A stretch of DNA of 63,212 nucleotides, counting the filler, from Asterionella formosa (Eukaryota), in the NCBI GenBank assembly GCA_002256025.1. It is 7 parts of 7 records of this genome, joined end to end, with 100 filler letters (N's around TTAATTAATTAA, not from the genome) between each part and the next. Parts side by side here need not be neighbours in the genome. Positions count along the whole stretch, not along the records: positions 27,267 to 54,413 come from NKIB01001584.1; 6 more parts are not named here. One strand, written 5' to 3'. Positions 35,031-47,526 of this stretch are shown one piece after another; position 1 is the stretch's first letter, and each line of letters opens with the position of its first letter. The notes below the pieces were generated by a model, which saw nothing but the letters and a program-made list of their open reading frames with translations, made no database searches and was not told the DNA's origin. The position numbers were made by a program, and so were the translations under genes.

Positions 35031-36882
35031 TGAGCTGATTGCCAATCAGCTCATGGGACGCATATTGGATCCTACGGATCCTATGATGGCAACAATGCAA
35101 ATTTTTGACACTCAAAAGTCTACAATCGAGATTATTGAAGAATATTGTGATTCTGATGACAACCTCACAAAGATGCCTAGTTGATACAGAGGACACTGAA
35201 GACGACAACATTGTTGTTGAGAATGCAGATGATTCTGTGACTACCACTTCTGTAGTTTGTTTTGATACTGATGGTTCTTCAAGAAATAGCTTACTTGAGA
35301 AAAATGCAACCACAGTTGGTACCCTTTGTACATCTGGCGCAACAACCCCAAACATTTCATGCATGCAGAAAAAATACCAGCATGATATTATTGTATTCTA
35401 GCAATTTGTTAATGTATTTATACTATAATTGTATTCTTACCGGTCACCATTAGCAGAGGAATATTGGAGCATGCCTCTGGTATCATCATTCAATGGTGAA
35501 CAGGAGGAACAGTAACTAGTAGTGTAGTGGTGATGACATGTATGACCAATACGTACATATTATGTGGCCAAACTTGAGTGAATGGAGAGGCTGCCTAGTA
35601 CTGCTACTACCGCAGTATGTATTTCCAACAGGGCAGGTAAGAAGAAATTTATAGAGCACAGCACATTACTACTACTAGTAGAAGTAAACAACAATTGGTA
35701 ACTGTATTTCTCCTCTGTGTCTGGTGGCATATGCTTTTGTCATGATATGTTTAGCACTTGTTTATATTTTGTTTACTAACCAGCATCATGGAACAACAAT
35801 CAACACCAACACGAGCGATACCAAGAATGACATTTGCGATGGTGATATCCTTGGCCTGAGATCTATTTCAACAGTCAAAGCTGCAAGCTTGTTGTGGCGC
35901 GATTATCATGCTGAATGCTACAGGCTCAGGCAGTGCTGGCCTTGATGTTGTCGGCTTGCCAGAAGCATTCATAGAAAATCATTTCGTATGCTGCCTCACA
36001 ATGCAGAAATATTTCGTGCGTGTCATAATTCTGGTCGAATGATCACATAAGTGATGTGATTGGCATATATTAATATCCATCACGATCCAAATCGTAGAGT
36101 CTATACAAATTTATACTGTTGTATGATTAGGTACAAAAATGTGGATACATTCTAGGAAGGAATTATTATTGATGCCATCACTAAACCCTGGCGCACCAGG
36201 AGTCACCAAAAATAGAAATTCTATTTATCATAGAAAACGTTTGAACCTACAACAAAATAGTATCATTTAGCATTTTTTGACTAAATGGAGAAAACGGTGG
36301 CGAAGTTGGTTTTTTCATTATGTTGGATGTTCAAAAAAGGCCTACCGGTACCGGTATGTCTTTTACTCCCCTCTGAAGTAAAATCAGTCGTGGCTGTCTA
36401 ACTTGAGGGTACGAGAGACCAGGTTTTACGGTACCTGGTACCAGGTAGTCGTCTAAAGCACCCACATTTTTGGTAACATGAAATACCGGTAAATACGGTA
36501 CCAGGTACCTGGTACTGTGGCACCAATCTGTTCAGAATTGACACGTCAGTAGAAATCATTTACGTAGAATATCATTCTCACATACATACCGATATACCAT
36601 AAACCGCTACGCCCGGTCGACTGTTACACGAATCTCAACGAATCTTCTACATGAGCGAACAATGTGAATTTTAGAGTTAGTACGCAGCTACATACGGATG
36701 CTGTCCATATTTCAATTCTTTATTCTGCCTGTACATTATGTCGCTAAAAACAAACATGTGTATGCACAAACGATAAAGCTATGTTACCGGTATGTAGAAT
36801 ATAAGCAGCAAAAGCAAATGATCACTTAAAAAAGACGACGAAAAGAAAGGCGGCGTTTATAGCTAGCGGAGAAACAACACCC

Positions 36883-38282
36883 ATGACGTCGTCCAAAGAA
36901 CGTACAGGAAAATTAACACACGATTCGACAGGTATGATTGCGACGACAAGTCGAGTTGCAATGGAAACTCAATTGCCAGCCCTTGTTTCTGCATCGTCCC
37001 CTCGAAGCGATGATTCTTTCGATGTCGTAACTCAGCAACTTGGATTGGAACGACGAAAATCAGACATGAGACAGCTAGGTGCACTTTTGATTATTCTCGG
37101 AATGGGTTCAAGCTTTTCCGCCTTGGCGCTCACGGTGAGTTGGAGTCTCCCTATGAATCACAAGTTGATTGCTGTTTTGGAGAAACTCACGAGTTGTTGA
37201 TGTACTAGGCAATTCTTGTTGAAGGCATGGCCGGGGCAAAGCAGATCTACGACTTCAAGTTGCCGGCTTTGGTTGCGACCATTATTCAAACACTTATCGG
37301 TATGGTGGCCATAGTCTCTGGTTTCGTTACGCTCATTTCTACCCCATTTACAAGCCGAGCTCATTTTTATGCAAAGATTCTAGTCTGCATTGTTAATCTT
37401 GGGCCGATATCCTTTGCCATCACCTTGATCAAACTGGCAATGGGAGCAAGTGAACCTCCTGAAGACAATCCGTTCATTCCACCATCAATGAATCCTAATC
37501 AATCAGATATTCGCATGGTCTGCGCTATGGGAATTCTCGCCTTGGTTAGTGTTTGTACAACCCTTATTGGAGGACTTACTATTGTTGGGTTGAGTCTGTG
37601 CGCTTATTTAGGTGGACAGCAAGTTGACAAGCACCAAGGTTACTATGTTATTAGATATGCCTTCTACAATTTGATGGTGTTTCTCGGAGGGTTTAGTCAG
37701 TTATTGCTGGGCATTTTTCTTTCGGCTCGCTTCGGTCCTGGTCCCTACGACCAGGCCGTTCATGTCACAACATACACTGTCTTCTTTCCTTATATCACAG
37801 CTATTGTTGGCACTGTGCAAACCTTTATGGGTGTATATGGATGGAGCAGAGCCGTTGGCTGGATAAAGATACAAGGCGAATCAGATTCCGTCTTCCTGTA
37901 TGTTACATTGATAACGTGGATTATTACAATGGTATTACAGATCATTGTTCAACCAAGCTTCGGCACAGGAGATTCATTCGATGCAGAAGGAGCAACCTAT
38001 GCTGCTGTGTACGTTGGATTTTTTGTCATGCCGGCATGGCTGGACCACATGGTTCGATACACACCAAAGCGTATCGATCCTTCGTATTTTGGGCTGCCAG
38101 CTTGTACGCAATGCAAAGAAGATATGCTTTGCAAGATCTTCGGCCTCACAGAAAGCCAGTTTTTTTCTGGAATTGAAGGAAAGGACGAACAAGCTGACGG
38201 GCTCGAATACAGTCTCAATCACCGGCATGATCACGAGTCCACTGGAAGCGCAAGTATTGCTGCTGACTTGGAGTCTGACTAG
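36883..38282 (+). CDS. Multi-pass membrane protein of unknown function (~441 aa); exons 36883..37134 and 37209..38282
   Basis: Phase-0 intron 37135..37208 (GTGAGT...CTAG) joins two ORFs. About 8-9 hydrophobic helices. Confidence 0.75.
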
Positions 38283-38371
38283 AAAAATCCATCGCGATCT
38301 GGAGGCTGACGCAAGTCAGGAAATTATATGCAAATCAATTTTTGTTATGACATGTTATATTCGTGAAAGTC

Positions 38372-39342
38372 TTATTGGCGCACAGAAATATTTGAGAACA
38401 ACGAAGTGACTGTTTCATTCCAGTTTCGTTCATGGGCAGCGATGGAACCAGATGGAATTCCACCACCTGCTGCTTGTCGTTTTCGATAGAGCTCGCGGTC
38501 CATCTTCTTATCCCTCGAAAGTCCACCATCAGGCTCGCGGACTTTAGGTTGCAACATGGCTTGCGCCCCTCCTCTGCCTTGCCGCTTCAGTTCATTGCGA
38601 TAGCCCTGCATCTGAGCTGCCTTCAAGTCAGCCGATACTTCTTCGCGCTCACCCAACAAGACTTCTGCACTCTCTTGCTTGAATTTCCGCTTTGCCAGGG
38701 CTATCGCCTGCTCTTCTTCATTAAAGTCGCGTTTTCTACGCTCACCCTCTCTCTGCTCCGAAGCAATTCTATCAGCTATCGATCTCTCTTCATCTGCCCG
38801 TTGCGACTGTCGAATAACAATCTGACTCTTGTGTGCTTCTTCGTATGCTTTGACTTTTGCTTTCATTTCTTCTGCGTTAGGTTCTTCGTTGACGATAGCG
38901 AAGATCACATCTTCAACTTCTTCTAGATAGTTGTTGTATTCTAGCAGGGAAGGAAAGTCAGTCTCCACCTTATTGAAAACCTTAGTGACACGGCGCCTCC
39001 AACTTGTATCCTTTTCACATTGGACATCATCGAGAGTTCTTGTGCTCAGTGTCACTTTCTTAACTGTTGTTTCGCAAATGGGACACGGGAACTCTTTTCG
39101 TCTAGAAAATTCCCGCTCCACGCAGGTCGTACAGCTGAAGAAGTGAATATGCAAAATGAGCGCCTTGATGGTTGGATTCCATGTGCGACAAATCATATAT
39201 GCTCCCCCCATACTTACAATTGATGACCACAACCCACTGTTGCATTAGTCTGTAATGTACTCTGCGATGTCAAGTTTGATGAGTCGCCTTCTGCTGTCCC
39301 ACAGATGGCGCAGCGAAAGAGATCGTCATCGTCGTTTTCCAT
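38372..39342 (-). CDS. MNAT1: CDK-activating kinase assembly factor MAT1; exons 39342..39218 and 39134..38372
   Basis: The RING finger CAIC...CGHQF|CTTC...CPIC is restored by intron 39135..39217. FNKVETDFPSLLEYNNYLEEVEDVIF is MAT1-like. Confidence 0.92.
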
Positions 39343-39494
39343 CGTGATCCAAATGCATGCATATAAGAAAATCGGTACGGTAAGAAACAGCAGTCAAAAT
39401 GAAAATGTGCGCGGTGATGTACGCGAACGAAGGAAAGCAAGGAAAGGCCTGGTGGTAATCAAGGAGTCTCGTCTATCGTATGATGTATGAACTG

Positions 39495-39985
39495 TGCATG
39501 GTTGTTTTTAGTACCACCTACGTATGTAGACTTGATGACTACCAGGTACTGGTAGACGCGTATCCGTTTAGGCAGCATCATCAGATGCATGACCGGAGCA
39601 AAAACTTGCCACCAACATCAGATGTATCGATATCATTGTTCATCTGACAAAAAATGGACAATGCGACTACATGAATCCCTCAAGAAGACAAGCAATACAA
39701 CAACCAACTGCATCTGTTAGACAACAAATCACTCCTGGCATCAGCTCTGAACTGATTTTGCTTCAAACCGGTCATGATGGACAACAATTGGCATGGTGAA
39801 AGGTGAATTGCTGGAGTCCACTTTTCAGGAGAAGAACAAAAACAAGGTGAATTCTAGATATAAATTATTAAAATCTTTGCAGTAAAAAAATAGTATATAA
39901 AATGGTTTCCTTAAGTAGACCCGTTGCCGATTTTGGCAATCCTAGGGCTGGAAAACTGAGGGGCAATTGGCGCCTGTTGTCTTGC
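39495..39985 (+). repeat. ~490-bp dispersed repeat; second copy at 60556..61032
   Basis: Collinear similarity, e.g. gcatggtgaaaggtgaattg and gggctggaaaac in both copies. Confidence 0.9.
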
Positions 39986-41099
39986 CAAAATGCAATGAAG
40001 ACTATAGAGAGTGATGATCATTTCTCTGTACTAGTCAAATTCTTCTGATGTGTTTTTCAATCTAGTTTTCTTCATTTTGAATGTTCCACATTCAGACTCT
40101 ACAAATTACCCAATCATTAGGTTCATTTTTGTAGAAAAATTCAATTTAAAACACTAAAATTCTCTAAATATGTCGCCTGGCTTGTTGTTTGTGTGGATGT
40201 AGGTACCATGTAGCTGGTGGGAAAATTCATATTCAACTTGTTCGATTTCAAGTACTGGTACAACTTATGAGATCAGGGTACTTTGACACTACGATTGCTA
40301 ATGACAATGAGTATGTACCACCCAATAGACTACTATCATACTATCATTACACACAGCACACATGAGTCTGAAGGATATTATACATTACTAGATACATATG
40401 AAAGGCAAACCTTGCAGGGACTGTTTGCATTGCTCATTTTAGCATTTAATTTTCTTATGATTTTCAGATTTTCAGGAAAAGTTCTACATCAGATTAAAAA
40501 TCTGACAAAAATTCAAGGCCTCTAATCCAAATACATTAATATTCAGTGGTGCAACATAATATTCTTAGTAGAAACTATCACTGGAACACTATGAACATTT
40601 CATTAAATTGATTTTCTAGTCATAATCAGTGTTAAGCATATGGAAGGCCGTCTTGAAGTGATGAAACAAATTAGGTCATGTCAGCATTCCCAATAATTGA
40701 TAGTCGATTTATCATAAAACCATTTGAACCTAAATCAATATTGCGTTTAAAGCTGTTATTTGTGTTTTTGTCTATGGAGAAAACAGGGATTAGTTATTTG
40801 ATCATAACATTTGGCAAGCCAAAAGTTTTCACTATCATAGTCACCTCTCCAATTAAAACCAGTTATCATGGTGACTGTTTACATAAATTGGAAGACCATA
40901 CCACAGCCACTGGGATTTTAATGTACTGGTATGATATACCAGTAGATGATGCTCCTCGCTGCTAGGGGCTGATTCCCTTGTTTTGTAGCAATAAAATAAT
41001 GAGCGAAAGCCCAGCAGACCACTATTCTTGATGTTAAGTTAAAAATCAGCCACATTTTGCCATCTGCGTGAATAAAGCAACCATTAAAAAAACAAAAAA

Positions 41100-42113
41100 T
41101 TATTCTGACTTAACTCTAATTTCATCATTAGGGACAACCTTCACAAGGTACTGCTTTCCAACAGTTTTAACCAACAGGAAGGATGAAATTTTGGGAAAAT
41201 ATTGATTTAGAAAGAGAACAATAAGTTCTTTCCCTTTTGCGATCCATGCTTCTGATGATGACTTTTGATAAGAAATGGCAAGGATTCGATTTGCCACAAC
41301 ATTAGCATTCATTCCACCAGCAATATTTCGGTCTATGCCCAAAAATGTTGCTGGTTTGCCATCTTTTGACATTCCAACAACGGCTCGTGTGGGCAATGAA
41401 GTCGAGGTGGACCCAAGGATGATGTTTAGAATATTAATGTGTGAATGGCCATTGAGGACAGTTTCGGTTTGTAGAGCATTCATGAAGCCTAAAAGTGCAT
41501 GCTTGGCTCCACAGTATGCAGTTCTAGCAGGGGCACCGATTTTACTAGCGACTGATCCAATGTTGATAATGCGAGCTTCCTTGAGACCCTCCATCACTGG
41601 TAGGATTGTCTTTGTCACAGCAACGTGAGCTAAGTAGTCTACCTGAGTTATATACTGATCCACAGAAATACCAGAGTCTCTTGCCATGACTCGAGTACTG
41701 ACGCCTCCATTGTTGATAAGTACATCGATTCTTCCAAAGAGTCCCAGAGCTTCCTTGGCTAGTTCAACGAGCACATTGCAATCGGATGCAAGGTCAAGTG
41801 GTAATATATTGATGTCAGCATTTGGATTAATTTCCTGACATTCTTTGGCAACTTGTTCTAGTCCATCCTTATTTCTGGCGCTGATGATGAGTTTAGCACC
41901 TTGCTTCGCAAGAATTAGAGTCATTTCTCGCCCAATCCCAGATGAAGCGCCCGAGATCCAAACGATCTTGTCTTTGAAAGCATCTTTGGGAAGCACAGGA
42001 GTCAACGCGCTGAAGAAATCACAGGAGTTTATAAGTGCAACTATGAGCTGAATAATGCCACAAAGGTACCAAATAACTGTAAGGCTGCCGATGAGGACAA
42101 GTAGTTCTGCCAT
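41100..42113 (-). CDS. Short-chain dehydrogenase/reductase (DHRS7-like) with N-terminal anchor
   Basis: SGASSGIG, INNGG and YCGAK (YxxxK) motifs. Probable ATG at 42113. Confidence 0.9.
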   Translation of the reverse strand: MAELLVLIGSLTVIWYLCGIIQLIVALINSCDFFSALTPVLPKDAFKDKIVWISGASSGIGREMTLILAKQGAKLIISARNKDGLEQVAKECQEINPNADINILPLDLASDCNVLVELAKEALGLFGRIDVLINNGGVSTRVMARDSGISVDQYITQVDYLAHVAVTKTILPVMEGLKEARIINIGSVASKIGAPARTAYCGAKHALLGFMNALQTETVLNGHSHINILNIILGSTSTSLPTRAVVGMSKDGKPATFLGIDRNIAGGMNANVVANRILAISYQKSSSEAWIAKGKELIVLFLNQYFPKISSFLLVKTVGKQYLVKVVPNDEIRVKSE

Positions 42114-42684
42114 GATGGCATCAACGAAAAGAAAATGATGGTGTTCTGGCAGTCGTATACTTTTGAAAAATTCCTCACCCGGGACTACCGTCACGGTACC
42201 AGGTACCAGGGAGAACGGGTATCCGGTTCCTGTATAGTATCGGCGCTCTCAGCCATGATGTGTGAGGAGGAAGTCATGTATAACATATCTTACGGGTATG
42301 ACGTAGTAGGAGGAGCGATACCAGGTAGTAATTTATACCGGTAATAAAGACAAGCAAATAGCACCCGTCACCAGGTACCAGTACAGGTACCAGCCACGCG
42401 GTATATCGATACGTTGTTAAGAAGCGTACCTGGTACCAGGTACCTGGTAGCGAGCCACAAGTAAGCACGGCTGATGCATGCATGGCTATCAAAGTCGCAT
42501 GATATCTTCAAATCCTTTCAATCCTCGTCAACTTTTGTGGTCTGTTACTGTGTTACTGTACCACTGCGACGGAGTACCAGGTACCTGATCCAATTGCCAC
42601 TTCTACAGCACCGGAGGTCAGTTGCTATAAAAAATACTGCTTTGAATCAAACCAATTTCATCTCTGGAACAAAAGAAACCCAAA

Positions 42685-43290
42685 ATGAAATCGTCAGTCT
42701 TGCTTGTCAGTATGATGTTGATGTTGATGTTGACGTTGACATCCGCTTTTACGGCAGGTCGATTGTCTACGTCAACGGCAGCGACTCAACTTCACATGAC
42801 CATGTCTCGTCGCGACTGGTTCAAGGCCAGCGCTTGTTTCGGTATTGCTGCTGGAGCATTTGCCCAACCATCAAATGCCAAAATGCCCACAGAACCACTG
42901 ACAGAAGAGAACAAGAATGCTGCTTGGGACGACTTGAAGTTTGAACTTATCGACCCCAAGGGAGGCGTGAGCATCATGCAATCTCTCATTAACGACAAAG
43001 ATTTTGTTGGTTTGCTAGAATTTACAAAGAGTTACGACCTAAATGTTCGTAAACTCAAGGTGGGACGGTGCAAGGCATATTTGAGTTCAATTGAAAAGGC
43101 AATTGCCACCATGACAGCGAATGCAATTACCTTTGATTTGATTGGGATCAATCGATCAGCAAGAGCTGGTCAGGAGAATCAGAGTGAATGCAATCGATAT
43201 TTGAATGAGTTGCGTACAGATCTGCAACTTGTTATCGATCAAAAAGCGACAGTCGACATGGATGCATTGCTATTCGCACAATCGAGCTAA
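42685..43290 (+). CDS. Plastid thylakoid-lumen protein, possibly PsbQ-like
   Basis: Signal peptide with TSA-F (ASAFAP-type) cleavage, then twin-arginine SRRDW, a hydrophobic stretch and an AxA-like site. Helical mature domain. Confidence 0.7.
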   Translation: MKSSVLLVSMMLMLMLTLTSAFTAGRLSTSTAATQLHMTMSRRDWFKASACFGIAAGAFAQPSNAKMPTEPLTEENKNAAWDDLKFELIDPKGGVSIMQSLINDKDFVGLLEFTKSYDLNVRKLKVGRCKAYLSSIEKAIATMTANAITFDLIGINRSARAGQENQSECNRYLNELRTDLQLVIDQKATVDMDALLFAQSS

Positions 43291-43470
43291 TGAACGCGAT
43301 AGTATGCGATGAGAAAGGACTAACATACGCTTGATGCAATCCTGAAAATAAAACGGGAGGAATGGTAACCTTAAGGCATATCTAGCTAGCTTCTGTTTAA
43401 AGTATTTACAATGTCAGGCATAGTCACTCAAAGGGCAACCCAAGTAAATCTATCCATATCGGGACCATGC

Positions 43471-44061
43471 CTACATCCAACGGTGAAATATGGAATCAAT
43501 CGCCACTACATCTGAGAGCGACTTTCCAAATCTCGCGTCTTCTTCTCCCTTGATCCCACTGCAATATGCCAAAACAACCAACTTTTCTGTGAAGAGTTTC
43601 GATATAGTTTGTCCCGTGCTGTTCCGTTTGACAACAACCTCAATGTGAGACTCATCTTTTCCAGGTCTTACGTAGAACCTCAACCCACCATCCACAGATC
43701 CCTTCTCCTGGGTCTTTTTCCGTAAAAAGAGCACTTCTACGCCTCCTTCCGACGTTGGAAGGTATTGGAGTGGCTGAACCGGCAAAACGGCGGCAAAGGG
43801 AAATCCCTGGGTGTACTTTTGGACACGCGTAAGAGCATCATCAGAGGATTTGATGACGGCTAAGTTGATTCTAAGCAATGTCTCTTCATCTCCCTCAACA
43901 AGTGGCGTTTCCCACGGAAAGGAGGATTCATGCAGCGCGATCGGAGGCTGCCTATCGTTCCATTTCGATAGCGAAGATCGATGGAACGACAGCTTTGGTA
44001 GCAGAAGCGCTCGACACGAGGGGAGAATTATTAAGGAGGGGATTAAACTTGTTGATTTCAT
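43471..44061 (-). CDS. Hypothetical protein, probably plastid-targeted
   Basis: 196-aa ATG ORF with a signal peptide (CRA-L) followed by a Ser-rich transit-like stretch. Confidence 0.7.
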   Translation of the reverse strand: MKSTSLIPSLIILPSCRALLLPKLSFHRSSLSKWNDRQPPIALHESSFPWETPLVEGDEETLLRINLAVIKSSDDALTRVQKYTQGFPFAAVLPVQPLQYLPTSEGGVEVLFLRKKTQEKGSVDGGLRFYVRPGKDESHIEVVVKRNSTGQTISKLFTEKLVVLAYCSGIKGEEDARFGKSLSDVVAIDSIFHRWM

Positions 44062-44985
44062 GATTTAACATGAAACGCAATAGCTCTCGACGAGAATGAT
44101 ATCATACATATACATGTGTCGGCCTGTCAAGGATTTTCTTTCGCAATAAATGAAACTTTATGTAGCAAAAAGGGCAACCTGGTGCTGCGTCCCATGACAT
44201 AAGTACCGGTAGTTCTATAGAACCAGACTATTATGTATTCTTATGATTATTTTATATATTCCTATATATGGACAATTACTTCTCGAAGGTAGATCCACTG
44301 GCAAATTGTATAATTTATAGCTATCTTAGCTTCCGGTACCAGTACCAGGTAGTGTACCAGATACGTACGCTTGTAAGTAGAAACTCCCTTCGTGTTGGTG
44401 TGTTTGTCAGTCAGACTCCAACTACCGGGTGCATGCATACCTTGTAGACTCCTGTACGTCCTTTGTATCCATCAGCAGCCATCCGGACTTCCTGTCCAAC
44501 TTTTGTCATAGCTCGAATATAGCTCGCATTTTACTCCTTACCTCTCACTGCTTTTTCTAGTAGGGCCTCCGCCGCCGACTACCGGTATGCAATTAATGCA
44601 TTTCGAAAGGTGTGTATGTTCGAGGACATGGCGGCGCCCTCCTTTTCTTTTGTTGCCGGTACTGTTGCCATTTTTTGCATACTTCGACAAGTCTAGTATG
44701 GAGAGAAGGACGGAGTGTAATGGGAGGATCGAAAACAATCGCGTCCCTATATTTATCGTGTCACCTGATATTACGACGGGTGTTCCAATGGATGTCAGGA
44801 ACGCGACCGTTTTAAACCCAATGCACTTTTTGGAATCACATACCAATCTCATGGCTTGCATTGTTCATGTCTCGTTGACGAAGTAGTCATTTGCTCGGCA
44901 ACTCATATTGTTTCAGATTCTCCTTAATCTCACGCATTCCACTCCATCCATTTCCATCAGCATTTAATCAATCCAGTAAATCAAA

Positions 44986-45270
44986 ATGGGAAGACGCACG
45001 AAGAAGGTCGGAATCACAGGAAAGTACGGAACCCGATATGGTTCGACTTTGCGTAAGCTTTTGAGAAAGATTGAAGTCTCCCAGCACTCGACTTACCATT
45101 GTGTCTTTTGCGGAAAGAACACCGTGAAGCGTACCTGCGCTGGAATTTGGACGTGTCGTTCCTGCCGTAAGACTGTCGCTGGAGGAGCTTATTCTCTTTC
45201 GACCGCTTCTGCTGTGACTGTTCGCTCTACAATTGGACGTCTGCGAAAATTGCAAACTGAAAACCCTTAA
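44986..45270 (+). CDS. RPL37A: 60S ribosomal protein L37a (eL43)
   Basis: [22 protein letters not shown]...WTCRSC and AGGAY motifs. Confidence 0.97.
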   Translation: MGRRTKKVGITGKYGTRYGSTLRKLLRKIEVSQHSTYHCVFCGKNTVKRTCAGIWTCRSCRKTVAGGAYSLSTASAVTVRSTIGRLRKLQTENP

Positions 45271-46249
45271 AGGAGCAGTTTGGAACATTGGTTGCTTGTC
45301 AAAAGTCGGCGTAGATAAGCACTCTAGGTTACATACTTTCAAGAACATGTTTTGTTATAGTGTCGTTAACAGTCTGCAATGGTGTCGTTAACAGTCTGCA
45401 CACATTGCTTCGTTGTTATTTGTTGCTTAAACCGGAGGACAAAATGGATACATTTTTTCGGCGTTTGATGGACTGGGAGATAGCCACTAGTTATGACAGG
45501 GGTTGGCTGCGAAATATGCATGTACTATAACCAAGTCGTTGACTGATAAATGCTTTTTAACCTTGGATTGACAAACACTGAATTCTTTTCACTGAGGGGA
45601 AACATGACTATTATCAGACCTAATATTGTCACGCTGACCCTAATAAATCACAACCTAGCTCATAGGTAAGTTTGATCAGTTCTAGTTCTATCCAGAGTTG
45701 CTTGTGAACTAAGTACAAATTAAATTGCGTTATGTTATGATGCTCGAAGCAGGAATAAGAAGGTCTGATATTTTTCGTCTAAAACTTAGTATTCGACACC
45801 AGTTCTAGAAATTTAGAAGTGACAGAAGCATTCGGGATCCTGGCAATGTTTGGATTCCTGCCGCAATTCCAACCATGGGTACTAGCCCTTTACAAACTGT
45901 GTGAGATACATGCGTGATTCTTAGCTCGAATCATTAATATTATTCATCGCTAATTTACTTTAATCGCAATAACAGCAATGAATACCTACTGGCGCACGCT
46001 AGTCGAATCCATCATAAAACGTTAACTTAATATTAGTAAGTAATAGGAAGAAAAGGTTGTTTGCTTATGAGCAACGCCAACACAAAAAGATGTTGCACAT
46101 CTGTTGAGGTTTTTCACTGATCCTTGACCATTTACCATTATGAAACTCGCCAAAAATGCGATGGTGAATGCTGTACATGCTTCTGTTTGTGTAACAAACA
46201 ACAATGGATTGCTTCAACCAACTTTTTAATCTACTAAACTATGGATGAG

Positions 46250-47210
46250 AGGGCTTCTACTACTCTGTATTACACTATTCTTACTAGACTAGATTTCAGC
46301 AGGTTCTTCTACTATGTTAAGTATTTTTACCTCACAGCTTCTTTTTTTACTGTCGATGGCACTTGTTGATTGAAATTCTATTGATGCACCAAACAAAGGT
46401 TGGGGTGCATTGTTGGTACTTGGTGCTGTTGATGGCATTGGAGTCATTAGTGGAATTTGTTCTTTCTGGCTGGTGCCCCTTGGTTCAAAAGCATGGATGA
46501 CATGATTGACATCATCATCATGTTCATCATGTTTTGTTCCTGTTGCTTAAGTTGTATCTGAATCAGCTCCTCAATATCACTCTTTCCAGCGCGCCTTCTG
46601 GAGTAACTGTGTAAAAACTAGAGTCAACATTTTGTCAAGATTGTTGACATAGTTGGTCTATCCCTAATCTGGGTAATACCATTGGTCAAGGAAATCTTGT
46701 ACCAGTGAAACCAGCATTATTCACAGCCTTGGCAGTTGAATTTTCTCCATTGGATTCTGCAAAAGTCGCAGCTTTATTATTTGAAGTTTGCTGAGGTTTA
46801 TCATCATTGTCTTCATCATCCTCAGAAATTGCCATGAAGTCATCATCAACATCTTTACCAAGGTCAGTTGAATTAACCTCTCTACTTACATCTGCTCTTG
46901 TTTCTATTTTTCGAAATACTTGTTTTGCATGAATGCCTGACCTTGGGAGGACAAGATGATGGGTCACCTGGTGGTTTTTTGAGCGACCTTGTGGAGGCTG
47001 AGAAAGTTTTCACTGAATTGAAGTTCCACTTCAATCCTTGTCTGGAAATTTTTCGTTGTGTTCAGCAACAACACATTCGCATTTGCGGAATCCAATTAGT
47101 GGCAGATGACTCAAAACAGAATCTAACAATGACAGTACTTTATTGAGTTGAAACTGTTGACCCCAACTCTGTAGATTGTGGCATGCCCTTGGAAAAACTG
47201 GCGCAAGATA
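46250..47210 (-). pseudogene. DUF6818-like TE-associated gene remnant
   Basis: LLDSVLSHLPLIG..CVVAEHNEKFPDKD and KKPPGDPSSCPP across frameshifts, followed by an acidic low-complexity region. Confidence 0.45.
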
Positions 47211-47526
47211 TCTTCTGCTGTTGACGCCACCACTTGTTCTTCTTGCAACTGTTTGGCTGCTTGCAGTAATACTACTGCCGGTATACTTTATCGGAAGACT
47301 GTATGTAAGCATATGGAAAGGGTGTTTAATGGTGAAAGCTCCATTGAGCGTTATACATTTTTATTTTATACCTGGAAAGTACGTCCTTGATTAGTCTGAC
47401 TCATTTGTTTTTAAAACCCCTACCTCGAGCTAGGGGTTCAAATACAGAAATCAAGTGGCAATCGAAACTTACTGGTAGTTGAGTCACCGGTGCACCGGTA
47501 CTGTACCAGGTACCTGGTAGCTATTA

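Noticed and set aside
35724..36150. TM-start ORF fragment
   Set aside because: It is short, has a non-ATG start, is interrupted by stops and matches no family I recognise.
45360..45400. Two-copy 22-bp-period duplication downstream of RPL37A
   Set aside because: A simple local duplication with no further structure.
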